Below are positions 1 to 12,866 of a stretch of DNA of 20,000 nucleotides, piece after piece. Origin of the DNA: Trichinella spiralis (lineage: Eukaryota); the NCBI RefSeq assembly GCF_000181795.1, contig NW_003526940.1:882493-902492 (forward strand). Reading direction: 5' to 3'. The translations under genes were made by a program, and so were the position numbers. How positions within the stretch are numbered: position 1 is the first letter of the stretch; every line of letters starts with the position of its first letter. The notes under the pieces are model-generated. The model did not search any database. It was not told where the DNA came from and worked only from the letters and a program-made list of their open reading frames with translations.

Positions 1-1224
1 CTTTTCTCATAATTTAAATTCAAAATTGTTTAAACAACTTCAACGCACAGTTTAAAATTTTAAACGTCGAAAATTGCTCAGCGCTTATAGTTTAAAGTAA
101 TTTCAATTTTAATTTCAACCAACGTTTGCAAATACAATTCTGTTTTCAAGAATTAAATTTATAAATTTATCAAACAATTTCTTTACTTCTGAGATTCTTC
201 TTCTTCAGCAAATTCCTAAATTACACTTGTCCTTTCATACTTCAACTCCTGTTTGGCTTTCTGCAATTTCTCTTTCATTAATAACAAAGCAAATGTAAAA
301 AAACATATAACGCAATAATGATACACAAAAAATACACATTTCTTACCTAACTTATTGTTAATAAAATCAATCAAATATAACAATAGATAAAAATAACACA
401 AACATTCTTACACACTAACTTTGTTGTTTCTTTTCTCTGCCATACAATCAGATCTCTTTAATGATTATCTGTAAAGCACCAATTATATGAAAAATAAACT
501 TTTATTCTTTGTTGGAACATGAACTATGAATACTAAATTTATATTTTAATCAACAGTTATACATCTTGCAATAATAAAATAAGTAACAAAATGAAAAATA
601 AACATATTACAAAAAGGCATAAAAACAAATTGGAGTAAAGGAAAAGATGTGGTGAAAGGAAGAACAGGCTGCAGCTGTATTTTGACGACTGTATATAAAT
701 CAACAGCAGTAATGGCGTGCTCAGCATACATGTTCACTTGAAAGTGTTTGGTATCTCTAATTCATTACATTTCCCAGTTGTTTTGCAATAAACTCAAGCT
801 ACAACCGCAAACAGTCGAAAAACAAAAGCACTGATTTGTAAAGGAGAAAAATTGAGAGATTAGGGCAAACGGAATTACCGAAAAGTGAGAAAAATGCAAT
901 GATTTACCTCATCATCGATAGGAACAATTAGCTGCAGGAAGCATACATCATAGTTTTACCTATATGCAACTTCTTCAACAATTATGTAAATTTCATTTTT
1001 CTTCATTCAAATTCAGCTAAATTTATGTGAGATAATTATTAAAAACAAGAATCTTCTAAAAATAAATATTCTTAATAATGACCAATTATAGTAGATAAAT
1101 CAAACGGATTTAATAAATAAATCTAATTAGGAATGGCAAACATTTGTAAGAATAAATAAAAATAACCGAATGTTTTGCACGAATAATCTTAATCCGTTTA
1201 GATAAATCAGAGAGACAAGAGAAG

Positions 1225-3088
1225 ATGCAAAAGTACGTTCAGCTGCTTGTACATTTTCTATTAATGCTTCTTTCACAATCACAAAATCCTAAATGCCGAG
1301 CAAATAATGGCGTTGCTGAAGTAGACTGGTCGGTTACAAAGAATTATTTGAAAAAGAAATTACAGCATCATTAAACTGCCATCACATGAGAGTACTTTCA
1401 GGGCAATATTATACAAAGCTCCAGGACAGACCAGAGGCAAAATTATCGTTTCAGATAGCGCCGGTGCATGGGTGGATGGAAACGCGGAGCTTACACAACA
1501 AGGTGGACAATCGTTTGGAGTTACACTAGAACATGTTGTAACGAATAACAATAACATAAAATTCCTTGCATACAACAATGTTCCACCATTAATGCCCAAC
1601 GTAAAAACAAAGTCAAATAGCAAAGGTATGAAAATGAATCTCAAAACTTTCAGTATTAAATTGTCCAACCATTTTAAGGAGTGATAATTCTGCAAACACC
1701 TGTTAATACTGATGCCGCTTCATGGATTGTCCATACTGTACCTGGATTTCCAGCTGCAAAAACGGGCTACAGCTGGCCAGTAGCTGAAAATGCTAAAGGA
1801 CATTTATTAATTTGTTTGACCATTTCAAAAAGCCAAATAAATGCCATAGGTTTGATTGACGTTCATTCAAACTGTTAACACTTAATTCATATTTATAAAA
1901 CATTCATTTCAACCCACGTAAAATTAGCACCTTTTACCAAGAGCAAAATTGAAATTTTCAAGTGCAGTCACTTAATGGACCATTATCATATGTAATATAA
2001 ATAAAATATTTAGTTAACGGCACTTTAAAAAGAGAAACAAGATTGTACTGATACACTGAATTCGTATCTGATGGTACTTTTTGTTTAGCTGCATCATTGC
2101 TTCGTGCTGAGCCTTTAGTACATTATAATGATATTCCCGAAACTGAAACCGTAGGAATGCAATATTTCAAAAAATTATCAGATGGACAGTTTCCAACAAT
2201 TCCTCCATATTTGTCAAGGCAATCGATTAAAACAGCAGCACAGGCTGCGGTAACTGTAAACGTTTACAGCAAGTCAGCAACATCTAGATATGGTAAGTAG
2301 TGGCAAACAACAGTATGAAAAATTTATTTTTAATACTTTATGTAATTATAAATGAAAATGCATATTCAAAAAAGAAGATACAAATTTGAAATACCAAAAA
2401 TATTTGAATGATATAAAGTGAAATTTACAATTAATAAATGCATATAAAATATTATATTTGCTATGAATATATGATGATTGATTTATCAAATGTGCAAATT
2501 AAAAGATAGAGGAATATTTTTCAAATTTCTGTAATACAGACAATGCGCCTTCGCATTCAATGAAGCTTGAAAATAAAATTCTGACCTTCTGCACTTTAAT
2601 GTATTAAAAAGCATATTTTGATATCTTGCATTTGTTATATCAATATGAAATATGTAGCAAGTAAATTATTCCACTTCAGAACAAATAAAATAAAACTTTT
2701 AGAAATATACAAGAGAGTGATCGTAAAAGCTCTTAAAAAAACGATAAAGGTGTGGTCAAGAAGAGACAATAAACTCAAAGGAGACTGTAGAGTATTGGAA
2801 AGAAATATTCGTTTAATTAAAAGCCCTGCACGAGTTGGCGATCACAACACTAATCTTGATGCTGATTTGTCAAACTGGGCTGTTTCTGATCCTGGAAATA
2901 TATTTTGCTTCATTGATAGGCCATATGCTGTAAATAGATGAAAAAATTTTCAATAATTGAAATGCTAATTTTTTTCAATTTAGAAAAACCAAACCGTCCA
3001 ATCTGCGATGGCAGTTTGTATTGATCAAGTTGCTATTTTCGCCAGATTTAATGACATTGCTGCTCAGGTTGAAAACTGTCCGCAGTGA
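1225..3088 (+). CDS. Secreted DNase II-family protein (Trichinella p43/plancitoxin-1-like), copy A, 6 exons, 344 aa, degenerate catalytic motifs
   Basis: Exons spliced by hand with GT..AG introns: 1225-1328, 1402-1625, 1679-1849, 2089-2292, 2703-2929, 2984-3088 (1035 nt, one open frame). Signal-peptide-like N-terminus MQKYVQLLVHFLLMLLSQSQ. DNase II hallmarks: C..VDWAILYKAP, FLAYNN.PP, SKGVII, WIVHTVPGFP, GHLLICLT, YSKS, IKVW, NWAVS..NIFC. Confidence 0.92.
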
Positions 3089-3652
3089 AAATATCCACGA
3101 AATAAAATGCCAGATTTATTTGCATTTTATAAATTAAACAGAAGTCTTTTGCATTTTAAGTTTTATCCAATCAACATTTATTTCTTTATGTAGAATACTA
3201 CACGGATCAATGCGGAAATGCTAATAAAATAGCGTAATTTATTTGCGAACTAGTGTTAAACGTAAAATAGCTTTTCTTTGAACAGCCGATGAGAAAAATG
3301 TGGGCGAAATGAAGTTGGATAGCACCCCGTGAAAAACGAGAAGATACTCTTAGAAATTTTTATTGGAACTATCCTAACTAAAAAAAACTTCGCAGTTAAC
3401 TGGTAAACTAAATAAATTAATAATAAAATATCTGACTGTATGAGAATAGCGTGAAGTAATTTGAATAAGTTATTTGCAGCAGAATGGTTTGTGAGCGAAG
3501 TTTCATGAAAAAAGCTGATCAGCACGCGAGCAGTGTTCAGATACGGTCAGCTGAAACAAGGACTCATTTAGAGTTTTAAATTCATAGTTTTCATTAAATA
3601 CGCCACCTCATTAAAACTGATTTCAGGCAACCGTATTTTACATGGCAAATGT

Positions 3653-4028
3653 TCAGTTGTGCCAGTTTTCAACTTGAGCAGTAATGTCATTAAACACGGC
3701 AAAAATGTCAGCAGGATCAAGCTGTCAACGCAGATTCTACTGTTTGATTTTTCTAAATTAAGGATAAATTATCATTTCAGTTATTAAAAACCATCAAAAG
3801 AGTAATTTCAGTTTATATATTTATAGCATATGTTCTGACTGTGTGGTAAAATGGATTCAGCCCAGTTTGTCAAATCAGCCTCAAGATTGGTGTCGTGGTT
3901 GCCAACTCCAACAGGGTTTTTGATTTAACAAAAATTTCTCTGAAGTTCTCCTTTGAGCTTACTGTTTCTTCTTGACTACACTTGTATGGTTTTTGTAAAA
4001 GCTTTTACAATCACTTTCTTCTGTATTT
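3653..4028 (-). pseudogene. Inverted DNase II pseudogene fragment (exons 5-6), tail-to-tail with copy A
   Basis: The reverse complement reads ttttag|(E)IQKKVIVKAFTKTIQV*SRRNSKLKGE..IKNPVGVGNHDTNLEADLTNWA.., then aatttag|KNQTVESALT..ADIFAVFNDITAQVENWHN*. This matches exons 5-6 of the neighbouring gene, with stops, deletions and a GT->AT donor mutation. Confidence 0.9.
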
Positions 4029-4049
4029 CTAAAAATTTTAATTGATGAT

Positions 4050-4724
4050 GGATGGAGCACTTAGCATACAAACTGGAAAAGAAGGCGGTTTCAAAACAGA
4101 GAAATGCTGAAGAAACTTAACCCATCCTGTCCATCTATGACGAAGAAGCGTCCTTCGCCTCCGCTGAACCATCAGCATGTGACCTTTTTTTGATTTTTAA
4201 ACAGGTGAAGTCCACTAAGTCCCTGGGCAAAACACTTCCCAACATTTCCTGAATATTGTCGGGGTATACATATACCTGGAACATTCAAGGCAACATTTGA
4301 TTTTTTGTTTTGAGACATTGATTCAAAGCATATATTGGTATTCGCTGTGGGTGCAAATCTTAGACAAATGGGGAAAACCGTTTATACCCAATAGAAATTG
4401 AAACAAAAAAATAAAAATGCTCTTTGCTACCGCTTTCCTCCCTGTACCGTAGTTCATACTGGTGTTAGCCTACTTGAAAGAGGCACCACGTTAAGTTTAT
4501 TAGCTTTATTTCAATATTTTTGGCAGGAGTGGATGACCAATTACAGGATGTCGCTTTGGAATGCACGTGATGTAAATATCAGAACTAATAACTATTTGGA
4601 AGGTTGGCATAATCGGCTCAACAATAAAGCGGTTGGAAACAAACTTGGGTTTAACAAACTGCTTCTGCTCTTGCTGCAAGAACAGGATGTAATGGAAACT
4701 TTAATGCCGTCTTCCAAGTGCTAA
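4050..4724 (+). mobile_element. Degenerate Mutator-like (MULE) transposase relic
   Basis: EHLAYKLEKKAVSKQRNAEET*PILSIYDEEASFASAEPS at about 4055-4175, and LFQYFWQEW..WN...IRTNNYLEGWHNRLN in ORF 4398..4724. The RTNN-x-E-x-WH motif is typical of MULE DDE transposases. Stops and deletions are present. Confidence 0.75.
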
Positions 4725-5577
4725 TTTTGCATTATAGTTTACTGACTGCTTTATTTCCTTTTTCATTGTTTCTATTTGTTGTTACTGATCACTTATATTT
4801 GTTTATTTTACTTTTTATTGTTCATCATTGTTGTTATCTATGTTATTTACTGTTGTTTGTTATTGATGCTATTCTCTGCTATTTAGTGCTGATATTATTG
4901 TTGGTGTTGAATATTGAAAAATACAAAATTATTTCTTTGTATTTGTTGACCTATTGATATGCCATTTCATCAAACTTAATTTAGTTACAATAATAATGAA
5001 GTGAAGAAAATTCTTTTTTAATAGTATTGTCTCTGGTCACTGGAAGTGATCACTAAAAAGTGCAAAATGGAAAAACAAATATTTAATTACCAAGCCATAA
5101 ACGCCCAAAACTGGCATTTACAAATAAGAATCTATCACAAAAATTGTTTCAAACCGTTAAATTAAGCAATGAATAAAACATCAAAGCAAATCAAAATTAT
5201 TAATTACTAATCAATTGCTGAAAATTACATAATTCAACAGAACTGCTAAATAGTGGTTTGAGCAAACGGTCAGATATAGCTAATCAGTTTGTAAAGTCTA
5301 TGTAAAAAAAAGAAATTATGAAATAAATTTATTTCAGGAACAAGCTTTTCTTTAAAAAGTATTCAGGAACGATATGTTCACTTAAGCAATAGGCAGCTTA
5401 AATGTAAAAAGCTTTAAAAAACCAACATGCGGAATAAATTGTAAAAAAGTAAAAGAAACATTAAAAAAATTAATTAACAAATTGTTTTCATCTCAGTATC
5501 AGATTAAAGTATTCACCCACTCATAGCACATTGATTAATCAAATTTTAATTACAGAAAACCTGAAAATCATTTAACA

Positions 5578-7588
<2,011 letters not shown>

Positions 7589-7598
7589 NNNNNNNNNN

Positions 7599-8341
7599 AT
7601 GTCGCTTTGGATTGCACGTGATGTAAATATCAGAACTAATAACTATTAGAAGGTGCATAGTCGCTCAACAATAAAGCGGTTGGAAACAAACTGGGTTTAA
7701 CAAACTGCTTCTGCTCTGCTGCAAGAACAGGATGTAATGGAAACTTTAATGCCGTCTTCCAAGTGCTAATTTGGCATTATAGTTTACTGACTGCTTTATT
7801 TCCTTTTTCATGGTTTCTATTTGTTGTTACTGATCACTTATATTTGTTTATTTTACTTTTTATTGTTCATCATTGTTGTTATCTATGTTATTTACTGTTG
7901 TTTGTTATTGATGCTATTCTCTGCTATTTAGTGCTGATATTATTGTTGGTGTTGAATATTGAAAAATACAAAATTATTTCTTTGTATTTGTTGACCTATT
8001 GATATGCCATTTCATCAAACTTAATTTAGTTACAATAATAATGAAGTGAAGAAAATTCTTTTTTAATAGTATTGTCTCTGGTCACTGGAAGTGATCACTA
8101 AAAAGTGCAAAATGGAAAAACAAATATTTAATTACCAAGCCATAAACGCCCAAAACTGGCATTTACAAATAAGAATCTATCACAAAAATTGTTTCAAACC
8201 GTTAAATTAAGCAATGAATAAAACATCAAAGCAAATCAAAATTATTAATTACTAATCAATTGCTGAAAATTACATAATTCAACAGAACTGCTAAATAGTG
8301 GTTTGAGCAAACGGTCAGATATAGCTAATCAGTTGTAAAGT
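7599..8341 (+). repeat. Near-identical duplicate of 4548-5297 between two assembly gaps (likely assembly artefact, or another copy of the unit)
   Basis: Offset is about 3045. The middle is essentially identical; single-base deletions cluster at the ends next to N runs (7589-7598 and 8342-8507). Confidence 0.85.
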
Positions 8342-8507
8342 NNNNNNNNNNNNNNNNNNNNNNNNNNNNNNNNNNNNNNNNNNNNNNNNNNNNNNNNNNN
8401 NNNNNNNNNNNNNNNNNNNNNNNNNNNNNNNNNNNNNNNNNNNNNNNNNNNNNNNNNNNNNNNNNNNNNNNNNNNNNNNNNNNNNNNNNNNNNNNNNNNN
8501 NNNNNNN

Positions 8508-8815
8508 GAAAATGACGGTGGAAACGCCAGGAAGTTACGAATACCTGAATAATTTACGAACAAGCAGAGCGAAGATTACAGCGGTTGGAGAAAAGGCTAA
8601 GCAGTAACAACGAACGAGCGAAGGAATATGATGAAGTGATTAAGAATTATATGGATCGAAGAGGCAAAAAACAAAGATGGGATACCAGGGAAGACATGGT
8701 ATCTACCACATCATGCAGTTTATCGGGACGATAAGACGACAGCGAGGTGTAGAATCGTCTTTGATGCATCAGCTAAATATCACCTCGTTGAATGATTTCT
8801 TAGAATCAGGACCAC
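8508..8815 (+). mobile_element. BEL/Pao LTR retrotransposon reverse-transcriptase N-terminal fragment (degenerate)
   Basis: Across frameshifts it reads YEQAERRLQRLEKRLSSNNERAKEYDEVIKNY..GKTWYLPHHAVYRDDKTTARCRIVFDASAK..SLNDFLESGP, containing the YLPHH / RIVFDAS / SLND..GP signature of Pao RT. Confidence 0.88.
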
Positions 8816-10080
8816 CTTCGACGTCCATCACTGACAATGGCCGGTTCGAGCTGGACGAGATTCGCCACTGGCCGCGTGATCACATTGGTCGACGTCCGGA
8901 TCCTGTCCGATCTCGCGATGCCATCGCCGCCTGAGAGCTGTTCCGTGATCACACGGATCGGGCACTGGGTTCCTCCAGGATCAGCACCAAGTCGTTCACC
9001 TGCGGGCCGGCTGGGTAAGTTCTCCATTTCTGTCGTTGCATCAACTCCGACAGGTTTTCTCTTCTCCATCTTCGCCACCATTTCGCGAGGAGCTGCTGAC
9101 GGTAACGCCGTCGGTGGTTCCATTGCAGGGGATCACGTACGTGCAGCCGGTCAGTAATTGAAACGGCGACAAAGGGTGGCGTTCGTGGCTTTTATCTGCC
9201 ACGAATGTGAGTGGTCTGGCATTGAGGCAGGCTTCTACCTCACAAAGAGTTGTCCGAAGTTCTTCTTCATCGAGCAACCCCTTCCTGAGGATCTTCCGCA
9301 ACGACTCCTTGATCGAGCAGACGAGGCGTTCCCAATAGCCTACCAGCTCACGCTGGACTCGGTCCACGTCCACGTGTCGCCAGAGTTGCCTCAACTCTGA
9401 CGCAGCGGCTTTGAAGGAGCGGAAATTATCCGATTGGATAATCTCTGGTCTTCCTCGCCGGGCGACGAACCGTCGGAGCGCTTGCATCACTCTGGCAGCC
9501 GTCATCTGCGAGACCAGCTCCAGGTGCACAGCCCGGGATGCCATGCATGTGAACTGCCACACGTAGCACTTGGAAGTGACTTTCCTTCCAACGCGGGTGA
9601 GCAATGGTCCCGCAAAGTCCATCCCAGTGTGGGCGAATGCAGCGGCTTCGACCACGACTAGATGGCAAGGCCGCCATTCTCGGCTGGGTCGGTCTGGCCA
9701 TTGCACGCCGGCAAGCAAAACAGTTCCAGATTGCCTTCTTCACTTGGGCGCGTCCCTTTAGCGCCCAATATTGCTGTCTCAGAGCTGCCAGCGTATGCGT
9801 GGTCCCAGCGTGTAGCTGCCGCGCGTGGCAGCGTCTGATCAGTATCAGCGTGGTCTCCAGGCAGGATCACTGGGTGTTTCATGTGTGTTGACAATTCAGA
9901 GTTTTCCAATCTTCCACCCACCCGCAGAAATCCCTCTTCATCCACGAAAGGGTGCAGCCAACTGAGCCGACTGGTCGCGACGACACGCCCCTACCGCGAC
10001 AACGCCTGGAATTCTGAACTGAAGGCTTCCATTTGGGCCATTCGCCATGCGAACTTCGAGGCATCGTCCAAGTCCGTCCG
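8810..10080 (-). mobile_element. BEL/Pao pol C-terminal region (integrase zinc finger, DDE core and C-terminal tail), frameshifted
   Basis: [33 protein letters not shown] zinc finger, HTGMDFAGP, FTCMASRAVHLELV, RRFVARRGRP..IQSDN, WERLV, EVEACLNARPLT, PLSPFQLLTG, TRPVANLVQLEP. Several frameshifts, plus an internal deletion before GYWERL. Confidence 0.93.
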
Positions 10081-10136
10081 ATGATGGACACACGTCTGGA
10101 AACGGTCCCAGAAATGACTGACGAAAAATAGGAGGA

Positions 10137-10601
10137 TAATAAAGATTTGATTTCATCGATTATTGTTCAAGTGTTCAGTGCAGTCGTTACTGTCGCTACA
10201 GTCACCGTGTAAGGAAACGATGGTACAGTTGTACGTTTGTTTGTGATCACTGATTGCGTAATAAACTACATAAACAAAGACGATCGTATACTTCTTGCTT
10301 GAAGCAAGGAGTTCGCGTAAAGACGGAACTTGTTTGATTCCTGTATACAGTGTTGATACTGTGTGTGAAAACAGGAACCACAAGAAAACCGAGAAAAATG
10401 ATTTGATCAGTATCAGCGGAAGGAAAGACGCTGATACCCGATACGGACGTTGAAGTAGTACGAATTGAAACTACTTGATTTACCGCCCAGGGTAGTGAAC
10501 GATTTCGAGCGCATCTGAATTCTGAATTGCCGCTCTGATACTAGATAGTCAGAAGAACCTGACGATCGATTATTCAACCCGATTTTGGAACCCGTATTAC
10601 A
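10137..10601 (+). mobile_element. Probable 3' LTR preceded by a polypurine-rich tract
   Basis: A purine-rich run GAAAAATAGGAGGA (10123-10136) is followed by TAATA.., and the segment ends in ..TATTACA (10601). This fits a TGTAATA..TATTACA terminal inverted repeat whose first TG is missing. It is hairpin-rich and adjacent to Pao coding fragments. Confidence 0.5.
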
Positions 10602-11832
10602 AAATCATTAGCTATAGAATGAGAAAATTATGATACGCGTGCTTATTCTGTTATACCGAACAATAAACTTTGCTGAGTATAAATGGCTGTTATGGCTGAT
10701 GATAGACCCAAAGCGACCAGGAACACGCCCATTGTTCACTTAAGAACTATATATTGCGAGCAGTACATCTCGTGGACCTCAGCAAAATGATGCACTTAAC
10801 CAAGTTATGCACTCATCCAAATGTGCACTTCGCCATTATTTTACCGTATAATTGTCTACAGGAACTTTTGTTAAGCCAAAATCTTGTGTACTTATCGTAA
10901 TGTATAAATGAGCACTTAACAAAGTTCGTTTGTAATTGAATAATATTTGTGTAATGGAGATACAAACTTTAAGTGCTTGAAATGCGTACTGAGTTAATTT
11001 ACTGCCTTTGATGAAAATCAAAAGGGAAAATGAAGTAAAAGCATTTTTGTATTTTTTGTTTTTGATTGATAAAGCATGCTATTTCATTTCATCTCTTAGT
11101 TTTCTCAAAACAAAGCTACGAGATGAACAGAGATGACTTGCTTTATTGGAAGCAAAGAAAATGTTTTCGTTTGTGAATGGCTACCGTTTCTGAAAATGCT
11201 GTTACAGTTAGATAACTTAAAAGCTTTCCGTTGAGAATGTTCTTCGCAAATAAGTAGACCTGATTTATTACTGTCGGCGGGAGAACATTAACAAACCCAT
11301 TATGTCTCATTGTCATCCCCATAAATGGCTACTAACTTCGTCAAAAGTTATGACTAATAATATATTTATTGCTGTACTTTTTACAAGACGCTAATCTCAA
11401 CGCAGGCGAGAATTCATGATTTTCAAAGTACTGGTTCGGTTTTTGAATTGATAAATTATTGTAGTATATCGCGAATACTGAATGTTTTCCAGAACTTATG
11501 AATGATTCTGTTTTACCTCAAAATTTTCCTTCACTTCAAATGAAAACTAACTAATAACGGCTGCGATCATGACAGCAATCTAGAGATGATTCTTCTGTAA
11601 GACAGCTTTCTTCCTTCAGAGCTTTCAAATATTTAGAAATTAAGCTGACTTACTAAGATATGAGATCTAATGCTTATTCCACCTATGAAGCGTTTACTGT
11701 CTAAATCATTGTCTCAAAACTGGAAGACTATTGACTGTTTCTTTTAACAACCAGTAAAGTAAAAAGATCAGGGGAACTTTTTTTTATAATCTGTATAAAC
11801 TTAATAATTTGTGATAAAAAAATTTTACAACT

Positions 11833-12244
11833 TGTAACAAGCCGCTCTCTCGGGCGGACTCGTTCGGCATCCCAACCGGGTTATTAGCACAGTCGTCACT
11901 AGGCGACGACGGGCCGATGTCGACCGGCGGGTTTCTCTGCGCGGTCATATCCTCCGCTTGGCTTCCGCAAGCTCGGCTCCCCTTTCTTCCGGGTTCGCGC
12001 TTTCCCAGTAACGTTATCGAAATCAAAAGATAGGTAAGGAACAGTATTCATTAGCAACTCCGCACAAGGACTGTCACCGATTCGTCACAGTAAGATTACA
12101 GCACCAACAACTCGCTCCCTCCAACCGGCGCACTACCATAACTCTCCTTCGATCTTCAAGTATGTACCCTTACTGTAGCTTCATCCCTCTTCCACTTCGT
12201 TGTCCGGACAAATACAGTTGTTAGTTCAGTCCGTGTCCGTTACA
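11833..12244. mobile_element. Solo LTR (412 bp) with target-site duplication
   Basis: GC-rich island in AT-rich DNA bounded by TGTAAC..GTTACA inverted termini and flanked by AACT on both sides (11829-11832 and 12245-12248). Confidence 0.85.
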
Positions 12245-12866
12245 AACTTTTATAAAAGCTCATCATAAATTAATGATTAAAAACTTTTTATCCATAAGTG
12301 TCATGAACATCTGCGTGTTGTTTATGTGAAGTATACAGTAACACTAACAAAACTTGAATTATTTTTGTAATTTTTGTTTTTTATTTAAAATTTTTACTAC
12401 CTCAACCTTATAGTTTTAAATTCATATGTAAGCAAAGAGATTTTACGCATTTTAAAAATGAAAATGAAAATTCCGCTCCAAAAACACAAATTTTATTTCA
12501 TTATATTTTAAAATTTATAATTCAATGAGTACTGTTTTTTATGTAGTTCTATATCAACCGGTATACAAAGCTCAAGTGTCTGAGTCATATAATTTTACAG
12601 GGACAGTTTTTAAAAATGTGCTATAAACTTATTTAATTTAGAATTATTTATACAATATTAACTTTATTTGACCTTCATTATGTAAAAACTACAGTATGAA
12701 ATTAATTAAAATTGTGGGAACTAAAGGTTTAGAGATCTAAAAGAGTGATATAAGTGTTAGTCTTGGTATTTTCTGTAAATTATATTTGTAAGTTTTGAAT
12801 GAATTATGAATTTTAAAAGTTTTTTATACTATTATTGTACTGATTCAGTTATTTGTACGTGATTAG

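Larger units (their letters stand above)
1..4618 (+). repeat. Segmental/tandem duplication, copy A (direct repeat of 15383-20000; extends beyond the window)
   Basis: Position 1 (cttttctcataatttaaattc) aligns with 15383 (cttttcccataatttaaattc), and 4601-4618 (aggttggcataatcggct) aligns with the window end. The offset is about 15,382 throughout, and paired ORFs recur (216..401/15598..15783; 2097..2300/17479..17682). Confidence 0.95.

Noticed and set aside
216..737. Short minus-strand ORFs 216..401 and 546..737 conserved in both copies
   Set aside because: The conservation simply reflects the recent duplication. They have non-ATG starts, AT-rich composition and no recognisable domain. Part may be a REEP 5' UTR exon, but this is unsupported.
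1360..1695. Antisense ORFs over DNase II exons (also 16743..17078, 16909..17142, 18006..18200)
   Set aside because: Antisense shadows of real exons with no independent coding signal.
4718..4957. Hydrophobic 79-aa ORF (also 7763..8002) resembling a small membrane protein
   Set aside because: T-rich low-complexity DNA at the tail of the MULE relic, with a non-ATG start and no family motif.
7599..8341. Third copy of the MULE tail/ubiquitin upstream region as a real insertion in the polyubiquitin gene
   Set aside because: It is bounded by gaps on both sides and its differences are end-clustered single-base dropouts; most likely a misplaced contig.
8677..10156. Many overlapping ORFs on both strands
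   Set aside because: These are shadow frames of GC-rich, frameshifted Pao pol sequence.
10696..10790. CTGATGA motif within a TTTGCTGAG..CTCAGCAAA inverted pair, possible hammerhead ribozyme
   Set aside because: No stem II followed by GAAA and no matching cleavage-site geometry was found.
10602..11828. Possible hidden multi-exon gene between the two LTRs
   Set aside because: I could not assemble a consistent spliced frame or recognise any protein motif.
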